From contig JAFCEI010000002.1 in assembly GCA_017609245.1 (NCBI GenBank), positions 2,639 through 36,211 on the forward strand: 33,573 nucleotides of DNA. The letters are read 5' to 3'. The DNA is from Candidatus Woesearchaeota archaeon (GTDB lineage Archaea; Nanobdellota; Nanobdellia; Woesearchaeales; JAFCFN01). This document shows positions 1 to 7,214 of the stretch, piece by piece. The number at the start of each line of letters is the position of its first letter. The first letter of the stretch is position 1. A model generated the notes under the pieces. It worked only from the letters and a program-made list of their open reading frames with translations. It ran no database searches and was not told the DNA's origin. The position numbers and the translations under genes were made by a program.

Positions 1-456
1 TCCGCTGCCTGACTCTCCCATCTTCAGCTGGCCAGAAATAATCGGGAAGCCATAGCGAGTATCTGTAGTGTTGATGGTTGCGTTCTGCACCTTCTCAAGT
101 TTGACTGTGCCTTTTGGAAATGCCAATTCACATGCACCGCAGCCCTCGCAAAGGAATTTATTTATGACAGGCCTTTTGTTTTGCTTATCCCAGCTTATTG
201 CTCCGAACATGCAGACATCAATCTTGTCTTTGCACTCTGGGCATGTCTTTGCAATCACCCTTGCTTTTTCACTTGTCTGTATCTTTTGTTTTGTCTTGAA
301 TTTATCAACACCTAGGACCAATGCTAAATTAGGCGCATCAACATCGCAGTCAGCTGCAACAATCTTTTCCTTTTCAGCCAGCAGAACCGCTAATGAGGCT
401 GTCAAGCTGCTTTTGCCAACTCCCCCTTTTCCTGATAATATGGTTATTGTTTTCAT
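1..456 (-). CDS. MinD/ParA-type P-loop ATPase with inserted 4Fe-4S ferredoxin domain (COG1149-like); 3' end cut by the window edge
   Basis: Absent from the ORF track because it runs off the window. The reverse-strand ATG at 454-456 opens a stop-free frame down to position 1: [55 protein letters not shown]. It has a deviant Walker A (GKGGVGKS) and a CxxCxxC motif, and is a paralog of 2081..2911. Its start overlaps the upstream stop as ATGA. The + strand ORF 68..472 is its antisense shadow. Confidence 0.85.
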   Translation of the reverse strand, partial: MKTITILSGKGGVGKSSLTASLAVLLAEKEKIVAADCDVDAPNLALVLGVDKFKTKQKIQTSEKARVIAKTCPECKDKIDVCMFGAISWDKQNKRPVINKFLCEGCGACELAFPKGTVKLEKVQNATINTTDTRYGFPIISGQLKMGESGSG

Positions 457-644
457 ATCAACTCCTCGTTGATTGTCCCGTCTGGGAGCATGTTGTCGGG
501 ATGAGCTATGCCCTGCTCCTCCATCTGATATCGCTTGCATTTTGTAAAATCACCTTTACAATATTGTTTTTTCCATTTTTTGTCCAGCTTTCCTTGCTCC
601 TCAAACCTTCTTAACGGACAGACATCAATCCATTTACATGCCAT
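453..644 (-). CDS. Cysteine-rich small domain protein (zf-like family)
   Basis: 63 aa: [31 protein letters not shown]...PDNMLPDG. This Cys pattern matches my recollection of the cysteine-rich small domain family. It abuts the upstream gene with a 0-nt gap and overlaps the downstream gene as ATGA. Confidence 0.7.
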   Translation of the reverse strand: MACKWIDVCPLRRFEEQGKLDKKWKKQYCKGDFTKCKRYQMEEQGIAHPDNMLPDGTINEELI

Positions 645-1034
645 TTATATCTCTCTCATTTTTAAGTTATTAATATTTTTTAATGATTTTAACCTGAATA
701 GGTGAGAATGACAAGAGCAGTCAGAACAGCCAAATCCTTTGATAGGCTCTTCAAATTTATTAAGAAAACAGGCAATTTTACATTCCTGCTCTTTACCTGC
801 TTTTTTATAAACAGCTTTTTTTATCTTTACACTTGGATTTGCAAGCAAATAATCAATATGCCACCTTATTTTTTTGTTTTTGCTAAAATGTCTCGCTATT
901 CTTTTTTCAACATTATTTTGCGCAGAACCTACATAAACATAATTCCCTTTTTTGAATTTTATTCTGCCTAGAGCTCCTATCTTCATTTCAATATTTTTGC
1001 TTACATTGATTACCAAACAATAAATTCCTTTCAT
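645..1034 (-). CDS. GIY-YIG superfamily protein, DUF123 / Uri-type endonuclease-like
   Basis: The N-terminus reads KGIYCLVI...GNYVYVGSA...RIARH, which is GIY-YIG-like. The C-terminus carries a Cys/His cluster, [14 protein letters not shown]. Confidence 0.75.
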   Translation of the reverse strand: MKGIYCLVINVSKNIEMKIGALGRIKFKKGNYVYVGSAQNNVEKRIARHFSKNKKIRWHIDYLLANPSVKIKKAVYKKAGKEQECKIACFLNKFEEPIKGFGCSDCSCHSHLFRLKSLKNINNLKMREI

Positions 1035-1037
1035 TTT

Positions 1038-2084
1038 CTATAAAAACCTATGCGCTTTCAAGATCAGCTGTTCAGTTGTCTCCCAACCCATGCATCCGTC
1101 AGTCACTGAAACTCCACACTCAAGTTTTTCAGCCCCTATATCTTGGTTGCCTGGCTTTAGATAAGATTCTAACATCAAGCCCTTGATGCTTGGATTGGTT
1201 TTCATCTGTTTTATTGCATTATCAAAGACAGATGGCTGCTTCTTATAGTTCTTGCCAGAATTCCCGTGGGAACAGTCAACAATTATGCTTTTAGGCAGGT
1301 TATTTTTTTCCAACAATTTGGTCGCTTCATCTATGTCCTCTTTTTCATAATTAGGGACACACTCACCTTCTTTTTCACCGCCTCTTAGGATTAAATGGCA
1401 ATAATCATTTCCCTTAGTGTGGACTATGCTGCTTTTGCCTTTATTATCTATCCCTATAAAAGAGTGAGGATTTTTTGCAGATCTGATCGAATTCACAGCG
1501 ATTTCAACATTTCCAGACGTATCATTCTTAAACCCTACAGGAGTTGATAATCCTGAAGCCATCTCCCTATGTGGTTGGGATTCTGATGTTCTAGCCCCTA
1601 TAGCGATCCATGAGATCAGATCACCTATATATTGCGGAGTTAAGGGTCCTAAAAATTCAGTTCCAGCAGGAATCCCCATCTCTGCTAATTCTAAAAGAAA
1701 TTTTCTTGCAATCCTCAGACCTTTTTCTATCTTATTGCTTCCATCCAGGTCAGGATCATAGATTAGGCCTTTCCACCCAATAGATGTTCTTGGCTTTTCA
1801 AAATAAGTTCTCATGACCAAGATGAATTTGTCATCCACCTTGTCTTGTAATCTTTTTAACCTCTTAGCATAATCCAGGGCTTCTTTGCTATTATGGATTG
1901 AACATGGGCCTGTTATGATTATTTTTTTGTCGATCTTTCCTTCTAAAACTCTCTCTATCTGCTCTCTTCTCTCTAAAACGATATTCTGAATCCCGTCAGT
2001 CACAGGCAATTCTCTTTTGATTTTTTCCGAACTGCTTAACCCTTCATATTTTTTTATGTTCTTGTCTTCTAACAGGTTTTTCAT
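1038..2084 (-). CDS. aroG: 3-deoxy-7-phosphoheptulonate (DAHP) synthase, class I-alpha (AroF/G/H type)
   Basis: 348 aa, collinear with E. coli AroG motifs: ITGPCSIHN, YFEKPRTSIGWKGLIYDP, GLRIARKFLLE, PQYIGDLISWIAIGARTSESQPHREMASGLS.PVGFKN, ILRGG, GNQ. The F/G/H isozyme type cannot be resolved. Confidence 0.93.
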   Translation of the reverse strand: MKNLLEDKNIKKYEGLSSSEKIKRELPVTDGIQNIVLERREQIERVLEGKIDKKIIITGPCSIHNSKEALDYAKRLKRLQDKVDDKFILVMRTYFEKPRTSIGWKGLIYDPDLDGSNKIEKGLRIARKFLLELAEMGIPAGTEFLGPLTPQYIGDLISWIAIGARTSESQPHREMASGLSTPVGFKNDTSGNVEIAVNSIRSAKNPHSFIGIDNKGKSSIVHTKGNDYCHLILRGGEKEGECVPNYEKEDIDEATKLLEKNNLPKSIIVDCSHGNSGKNYKKQPSVFDNAIKQMKTNPSIKGLMLESYLKPGNQDIGAEKLECGVSVTDGCMGWETTEQLILKAHRFL

Positions 2085-2911
2085 CTTATTGACTCCATGA
2101 TCTTGATTATGGACTCATCTTTTATTGGCTTGCCTTCTGAATATGCCTCTAAAATCTCTTTTTTATAAGGGATTTCTGCAACTATCTTTGTTTTATATTT
2201 TTTAACAACATTCTGCACTAGTTTCTTGTCTCCGACATCTGCCCTGTTCAGCACAACCATGGACGGGACTTTCAAGACCCTGCACAACTCTAATATCAGA
2301 TCAAGATCAGCAGCCCCTAATGGCGTCGGCTCTGTAACAGCTATTGCCAGGCCACACCCTAATAAGGCAGAGATCACGTTGCAGTGTGTCCCTGCTGCAG
2401 TATCAACCAAAACATGATCATATTTTTTTTCTGCTCTTGAGCTGAATTTTTTCAGGGCATTTACAACCGGGCTGGCTTCTTCATAGCCGATCCTCATCTC
2501 TGCTGTCAGTAGATCGACACCATAACCTTCTCCAGAATAGATTGCCCCTATTGTCTGCCTGCCTTTGCTTATTGCCCCTGTTGGGCAGGCAAGCATACAG
2601 GCGCCGCAGCCAGTGCATAAATCCTTGACAAAAACAGGATATTTTCCTTTTACAAACAGGATAGCGTTTTCCCTGCACACCTCTGCGCATCTGCCGCACT
2701 TGATGCATTTGTCTTTATTGAAAACAGGTATTAACTGAAAAATATCTTTTTCTTTTTTTCTTTTTATCGAGAGGATCAGATGGTCGTTTGGGCAGTCTGT
2801 GTCAGCATCCATTAAAAGCACTTTTTTTGTTTTGGCTAATCCGACTGCCAAAGCAGTAGCTACTGTTGACTTTCCAGTCCCTCCTTTTCCACCAGTTATA
2901 GCGATCTTCAT
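2081..2911 (-). CDS. MinD/ParA-type P-loop ATPase with inserted 2x[4Fe-4S] ferredoxin domain (COG1149-like)
   Basis: MKIAITGGKGGTGKST gives the Walker A. Two CxxCxxCxxxCP motifs follow (CIKCGRCAEVC, CTGCGACMLACP), then a MinD-like C-terminal half (VLVDTAAGTHC). Both ends overlap neighbouring genes as ATGA. Confidence 0.9.
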   Translation of the reverse strand: MKIAITGGKGGTGKSTVATALAVGLAKTKKVLLMDADTDCPNDHLILSIKRKKEKDIFQLIPVFNKDKCIKCGRCAEVCRENAILFVKGKYPVFVKDLCTGCGACMLACPTGAISKGRQTIGAIYSGEGYGVDLLTAEMRIGYEEASPVVNALKKFSSRAEKKYDHVLVDTAAGTHCNVISALLGCGLAIAVTEPTPLGAADLDLILELCRVLKVPSMVVLNRADVGDKKLVQNVVKKYKTKIVAEIPYKKEILEAYSEGKPIKDESIIKIMESIR

Positions 2912-3492
2912 CTTAACGCAGCAAAATCCTTTTTAAGCGCATCCAGCATATTGATATTGTAGGTAGCAACAGCAGGATGATACAAAGGGATTATTTTTAC
3001 AGGGCCAAAAAGCGTGTTTATAGAAAAAACCTGGCCATGTATCTTGCTTATCCCCTGGATCTTATCGCTTAGATTGAATTTTTTAAAGATATGGGCAGTC
3101 GCAAAATTACCCAAACAACAGATTATTTTAGGCTTTATCATATCAATCTGCCTGTCAAGATACTCTGAACACGAAGCAATCTCTTCTGCTTTTGGGTTCC
3201 TGTTTTCAGGAGGCCTGCATTTCAGGATGCTTGTGATAAACACATCTTCTCTTTTAAGCTCAGCAGAATCAAGAAGCTGGTCCAGTATCTTCCCAGATGC
3301 TCCGCAAAAGGGTTTTCCTGTCATGTCCTCATTATAGCCAGGCGCCTCTCCGACGAACATTACTTTTGCATCAACTGATCCCTCTCCGATAACCGGGTTT
3401 GTCCTTGTTTGCCACAGCCCGCACTTTTTGCAGCTGTTTATCTCAGCGCTTAGTTCTTCCATTAGTTCTTTTTTAGATTTATCCATATTCAT
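2908..3492 (-). CDS. udg: Uracil-DNA glycosylase, family 4 (Fe-S type)
   Basis: CKKCGLWQTRTNPVIGEG...VMFVGEAPGYNED...GKPFCGASGKIL, plus downstream Cys residues in ILKCRPP and ASCSEYL. This matches the family-4 UDG signature with its four cluster cysteines. Confidence 0.9.
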   Translation of the reverse strand: MNMDKSKKELMEELSAEINSCKKCGLWQTRTNPVIGEGSVDAKVMFVGEAPGYNEDMTGKPFCGASGKILDQLLDSAELKREDVFITSILKCRPPENRNPKAEEIASCSEYLDRQIDMIKPKIICCLGNFATAHIFKKFNLSDKIQGISKIHGQVFSINTLFGPVKIIPLYHPAVATYNINMLDALKKDFAALR

Positions 3493-3529
3493 TCATATAC
3501 AAACTCTTGTTTATATCTGCCATTTGCTT

Positions 3530-3910
3530 TCAAAACCTGACCCTTAATCTTCCTATCTTGATGCCTTGTGAAAACTTCTCTTTCAGCTTCCCAAAACACC
3601 CTTTTTCTTCTTCCCATTCCGATAATCCCAGGCTGATGTCAATTGCTTTTGACAACCCTTGTTTTGAGGGTGTTTCTCTGATGCCTATGGGCTGATAAGC
3701 CGGGCCTCTGACAAAGATTGTCGGAACAGCCATGATGCCAAGCTGCTGTGCTCTTTTCCGGCCATCAGGAGTTATTGTGCTCATTTCAATAACCTTAACA
3801 TCTTCTCTTTCTTTTGCTATTTCCCTAGCTAAGCTCACAGCTGAATGGCAATGAGGGCATGTTGGAGAGGTGAAGATCTCTATTTTTGCCTTATTTGAAT
3901 TATGTGACAT
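3530..3910 (-). CDS. Thioredoxin-fold protein (glutaredoxin-like, CPHC active site) with a C-terminal extension
   Basis: IEIFTSPTCPHCHSA...GIMAVPTIFV has the CxxC redox motif and the cis-Pro region of the thioredoxin fold. Confidence 0.75.
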   Translation of the reverse strand: MSHNSNKAKIEIFTSPTCPHCHSAVSLAREIAKEREDVKVIEMSTITPDGRKRAQQLGIMAVPTIFVRGPAYQPIGIRETPSKQGLSKAIDISLGLSEWEEEKGCFGKLKEKFSQGIKIGRLRVRF

Positions 3911-3983
3911 TTTTACATTACTCTACTCTTAATTTCCTCGATTGTTTTTTCTGCAACTGTTTTCTCTTTATTGAAATGTTTTA

Positions 3984-4256
3984 TCATTCTTTCAAGAAAT
4001 GCTTTTTTTCTTCTTCTGTTTTGAAATTTTCCATCAATTTTTTTGTTTTATTCAGATTTTCCTCTACTTCCAGAGGTATTTTCTCACTGTCATGCCTTAC
4101 TGCTTGCTGCGGACAAACATCATGGCATTTGCCGCATCTTATGCATTTATCCATATCTATCTCTGCTTTTCCTTCTTCCAGGATTATGGCGCTAACAGGG
4201 CATTCCTTAACACAAACTCCACAGCCAGTGCACTTATCCTTGTCTATCCACGGCAT
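3984..4256 (-). CDS. 2x[4Fe-4S] ferredoxin with a Lys/Glu-rich tail
   Basis: Two complete cluster motifs: CTGCGVCVKECP and CIRCGKCHDVCP. Confidence 0.88.
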   Translation of the reverse strand: MPWIDKDKCTGCGVCVKECPVSAIILEEGKAEIDMDKCIRCGKCHDVCPQQAVRHDSEKIPLEVEENLNKTKKLMENFKTEEEKKHFLKE

Positions 4257-4257
4257 C

Positions 4258-4629
4258 TTATTTTAATCCTTGGTGCATAGGTCCTGTGGGAGTTGTTGTT
4301 TCTGTCAGTTTTCCATCAATGAGCTGTTGGACAACATCTCTTATCTTCCCTTGCCCTTGATAAACCTTTATTCCAAGCTGATTAAAAACATCAAAAGCTC
4401 TTGGCCCGAAATTCACGCTTATGACGGCGTCTGCTTTCTCATTCGCAACAATCTGCGCAGCTGTTATCCCAGCTCCGCCTGCCTGTGCAGCTGCTGTGTT
4501 TTCAACCGCTTTGGCACCTTTTATTCTCTTATCTTCAATTTCTACAATCAAAAAATAAGGGCATCTTCCAAACCTTACATCTACATTATCGTCTAATGTT
4601 TTTCCTGTTGAACTTATTCCGATCTTCAT
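4258..4629 (-). CDS. NifX / NifB-C-terminal-like protein (dinitrogenase FeMo-cofactor-binding domain family, COG1433-like)
   Basis: MKIGISS.G..LDDNVDVRFGRCPYFLIVE......AVEN.AA.QAGGAGI.AAQIV....ADAVI...FGP.A...L...GIKVY is the typical signature of this family. Confidence 0.85.
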   Translation of the reverse strand: MKIGISSTGKTLDDNVDVRFGRCPYFLIVEIEDKRIKGAKAVENTAAAQAGGAGITAAQIVANEKADAVISVNFGPRAFDVFNQLGIKVYQGQGKIRDVVQQLIDGKLTETTTPTGPMHQGLK

Positions 4630-4643
4630 CTTACCTCCATAAC

Positions 4644-4808
4644 TTATTTCTCAATCGCACCTACAGGGCACATGTCAATTGTCTCTTCAATACATTTGGC
4701 TTTAGCATCTTTTATCTTTGCCTTGCCTTCAACAACATCAAATCCTTCTGGACATGCAGCTGCACATGCTCCGCAGCCAATGCATTTGTCTTTGTCTATC
4801 TTTACCAT
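4644..4808 (-). CDS. Small single-cluster [4Fe-4S]/[3Fe-4S] ferredoxin
   Basis: I chose the internal ATG at 4806-4808 because GGAGG (4819-4823) sits 10 nt upstream. Product: MVKIDKDKCIGCGACAAACPEGF....CPVGAIEK. The longer track ORF to 4895 would add an Arg-rich N-terminus read from the neighbouring gene's GC-rich tail in another frame. Confidence 0.8.
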   Translation of the reverse strand: MVKIDKDKCIGCGACAAACPEGFDVVEGKAKIKDAKAKCIEETIDMCPVGAIEK

Positions 4809-4825
4809 TTTATTTGCCTCCACAA

Positions 4826-5167
4826 TTATCCTTTTCTTCCTTGTCCTCCGCCTCTGCCGCCCCCTCTGCCATGGCCAGTACCATCGCCTCCGCACGAGCC
4901 TGGATTTCTATTACGGCCCCCCCCACCACTTCTTCCTTTTCCTCCTCTGCCATCCTTTTCTCCGGCCATAAGAAGATAATCTGCAATGCCTTCATACAGA
5001 TCAGTTGTTTTTCTGTTTAATGTTTCTACTGTTTCTTTGCTTTTTTCATACAAATTGCTTATTTTTTCATGCAGCACATCTCCAATTTGTTCAAGCGCAT
5101 TATTTATTTTATATAAACCTCTTAAATCTTTGATTTGGTAATTTTCAACCAGTTCAGCTATTCCCAT
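4826..5167 (-). CDS. Hypothetical protein: N-terminal helical / coiled-coil region plus a C-terminal Gly/Arg-rich (RGG-like) tail
   Basis: Start at the ATG at 5165-5167, preceded by GGAGG (5174-5178). Product: MGIAELVENYQIKDLRGLYK...EKDGRGGKGRSGGGGRNRNPGSCGGDGTGHGRGGGRGGGQGRKG. I recognise no family. Confidence 0.6.
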   Translation of the reverse strand: MGIAELVENYQIKDLRGLYKINNALEQIGDVLHEKISNLYEKSKETVETLNRKTTDLYEGIADYLLMAGEKDGRGGKGRSGGGGRNRNPGSCGGDGTGHGRGGGRGGGQGRKG

Positions 5168-5270
5168 TTTATCTACCTCCAATATCAAGTTAATGTGCAT
5201 GATCTTTTTTTGTCGGGGCGGGACACTCGCCCTGTTGTGTGCTAGTGGGGAGGTTAAAAATAGCCGAAAG

Positions 5271-6377
5271 CTATTTCCCCCTTCTTGTCATAAAAGAGCC
5301 GCATTCAGGGCATTTCATCTTGAAACAAGGTACTCCTCTCTGATGAGATGCAGTTGCTCCGCAGTTCAGGCAAAAGCATTCCCCTCCTGGACCCAGGGCT
5401 CTTCCGCCCATCCTTCCTCTCCAGCCAAATCTCATGCCAAAAACCCCTTTATAAGCCTCTTCTCTTATCTTATGGCTTTCTATCTGCACAACAACATATT
5501 TGACAGAAGGGATTTCCTCCTGTATCTTTTCCTGCAGTCTTTTTGTTATTGAGGATGCTTCATCTACTTTTAATCCAGGATCAAGACTTATCTTTAGCTC
5601 TGCAAACACAGCTGCTCCTGATCTTTGGGTCTTAAGCTCTGATAGCTTTATGCCTTGTTTTTCAATAACATCCTTTATTTTGTTTTCAATCTCTTCTCCT
5701 GCGCTCACATCAAGCAGGCTGTCTGTTGTTTTCTTTCCCAATGAAACAGATTCAATCAAGATATAGATTCCGATCAACAGGGCCAATACTGCATCAAGAT
5801 GTATCCAGTATCTTGTCAAGAATAGACCGATAAAAACACCAACAGAAGCCAAAACATCGACCCTTGAGTGCTGGCCATCAGCTATCAAAGCCATGCTTTC
5901 ATGCTGTTTTCCTGCTTTTATCTTTATCCTTGCCATCACCTCGTTTACAGCAGCAGAGAAAATCATCACCCCTAACGTTAAGGTTGTTATCAGAACCTCT
6001 TTTGGTGCAAAAAGATTGCTGACCGCTTCATAGATAATCCATAATGAGGTTGCCAAAAGGATGATCGTTATGACCAGGCCGGCAATGACCTCCATCTTAT
6101 AATGGCCGTATGGATGCTCTTTGTCAACCGGCTTTTTTGCTGCCCTAATCCCTGCAAAAGATATTGCTGAAGAAACAATGTCCATTCCTGAATGGACTCC
6201 CTCTGCAATCACTGCAGAGGATCTGCTGATTATTCCTATGGCTATCTTTGACAATGCTAATATAAAATTTGCAATGACTGCAATTATTGATGCCTTTTCT
6301 TTTTCCAATTTATTCACCTTGACTATTATTGCCTGACCATCTGAGCGCCGCACTTGGGGCATCTCTTGCTCATGCAT
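5271..6377 (-). CDS. Cation diffusion facilitator (CDF) metal efflux transporter fused to a C-terminal Gly/Arg linker and a 6-Cys zinc-ribbon module
   Basis: The transmembrane core has CDF motifs ([27 protein letters not shown]) followed by the cytoplasmic CDF C-terminal domain. An extra tail follows: [55 protein letters not shown]. The start is uncertain. The ATG at 6377 overlaps the upstream gene by 52 nt, and a GTG at 6315-6317 or a TTG at 6306-6308 would remove the overlap. Confidence 0.85.
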   Translation of the reverse strand: MHEQEMPQVRRSDGQAIIVKVNKLEKEKASIIAVIANFILALSKIAIGIISRSSAVIAEGVHSGMDIVSSAISFAGIRAAKKPVDKEHPYGHYKMEVIAGLVITIILLATSLWIIYEAVSNLFAPKEVLITTLTLGVMIFSAAVNEVMARIKIKAGKQHESMALIADGQHSRVDVLASVGVFIGLFLTRYWIHLDAVLALLIGIYILIESVSLGKKTTDSLLDVSAGEEIENKIKDVIEKQGIKLSELKTQRSGAAVFAELKISLDPGLKVDEASSITKRLQEKIQEEIPSVKYVVVQIESHKIREEAYKGVFGMRFGWRGRMGGRALGPGGECFCLNCGATASHQRGVPCFKMKCPECGSFMTRRGK

Positions 6378-6829
6378 GGCTGTCCTCTGATCTGTGGCTC
6401 TTCATATCCGCAGCTTGTGCATCTGCACACTCCGCCAGGGCCTGCTGCCAAAGGGCCTCCCATCCTGCCTCTGCCGCGCCCCATTCCTCTGCCACCCATG
6501 CCTCTTCCTCGTCCCATTCCAGGCTGTATTGGTTGTTGTACCATTTTATACGAACCTCCTTCAATCCTTATTGCCTTGCCATTTACCAAGGCATCTGCAA
6601 TCTTTTTTCTTGCTGTATCAAGTAATCTTGAAAATGTCGGCTGTGAAATGTTCATCTTTTTTGCTGCCTTTCCCTGATCCATCCCCTCAGAGTCCTTTAG
6701 TCTTATAGCTTCAAACTCATCAACAGTTATCACTACATCAACCAGGCCAGCAAGCCTTACCCCTGCTGGCTTGAAATATGTTATTCCTGGCTGAAACCAT
6801 ACTCTTCTTCTGATAAATGGCCTTGGCAT
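6326..6829 (-). CDS. DUF134-family (UPF0251) HTH DNA-binding protein with a Gly/Arg-rich linker and a C-terminal 6-Cys zinc-ribbon module
   Basis: [10 protein letters not shown]...YFKPAGV......[52 protein letters not shown] is the DUF134 signature. It is followed by [22 protein letters not shown] and [38 protein letters not shown]. Confidence 0.85.
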   Translation of the reverse strand: MPRPFIRRRVWFQPGITYFKPAGVRLAGLVDVVITVDEFEAIRLKDSEGMDQGKAAKKMNISQPTFSRLLDTARKKIADALVNGKAIRIEGGSYKMVQQPIQPGMGRGRGMGGRGMGRGRGRMGGPLAAGPGGVCRCTSCGYEEPQIRGQPCMSKRCPKCGAQMVRQ

Positions 6830-6844
6830 TTTCTCGATGATAGT

Positions 6845-7198
6845 TTATTGTTTCTGTTTTTTTAATTCCTCAATCCTTTTCTTTATTTTTGTTAATTCAC
6901 TATTTAATGATTTCTGTTCCTCTTCAATTACCTTTGATTCCTGCTCAAGCATCTGCAGTTCCTGTTCTTTTGTTGGCTGATATGGCTGTGTTGGATAAGC
7001 TGGTGCTACTGGAGCAAATGCAAACCTTCTCCATCCAAAACCTCTTCCAAAGCCCCTGCCAAAACCCATGCCTCTGCCAAATCCTCTTCCAAACCCAGCG
7101 TTCATAAATCCTGGTGCATTATAGCCTGAGCAATAACCTAATCCTCTTCCAGTCCTTGGTCCCATTCCTGAAGGGCCTGTTTGATCTCCACCTGGCAT
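6845..7198 (-). CDS. DUF5320-family protein (Gly/Arg-rich N-terminus, C-terminal coiled coil)
   Basis: MPGGDQTGPSGMGPRTGRGLGYCSGY.. matches the DUF5320 N-terminus as I recall it. It continues with GFGRGFGRGMGFGRGFGRGFGWRR and a heptad-like tail, EQELQMLEQESKVIEEEQKSLNSELTKIKKRIEELKK. GGAGG lies at 7206-7210. Confidence 0.75.
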   Translation of the reverse strand: MPGGDQTGPSGMGPRTGRGLGYCSGYNAPGFMNAGFGRGFGRGMGFGRGFGRGFGWRRFAFAPVAPAYPTQPYQPTKEQELQMLEQESKVIEEEQKSLNSELTKIKKRIEELKKQKQ

Positions 7199-7214
7199 TT
7201 TATTACCTCCTGGC

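Noticed and set aside
68-472. 134-aa plus-strand ORF at the window start
   Set aside because: It is the antisense shadow of a clearly recognisable minus-strand MinD/ferredoxin ATPase (Walker A and CxxCxxC motifs) that runs off the window. The plus-strand translation is low-complexity and hydrophobic, with no motif.
4485-5020. Cluster of overlapping ORFs in several frames on both strands (4485..4979, 4672..4971, 4718..5020, 4810..4995, and the long version 4644..4895)
   Set aside because: All of them arise because the GC-rich Gly/Arg-coding tail of gene 4826..5167 lacks stop codons in the other frames. Their products are Pro/Ser/Leu- or Arg-rich junk. The real genes have GGAGG-preceded ATGs at 4808 and 5167.
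6329-6708. Four overlapping alternative-frame ORFs (6329..6625, 6354..6677, 6394..6708 on the plus strand; 6370..6564 on the minus strand)
   Set aside because: Same artefact, this time over the Gly/Arg tract and zinc-ribbon region of the DUF134 gene. None has motifs or a plausible start context.
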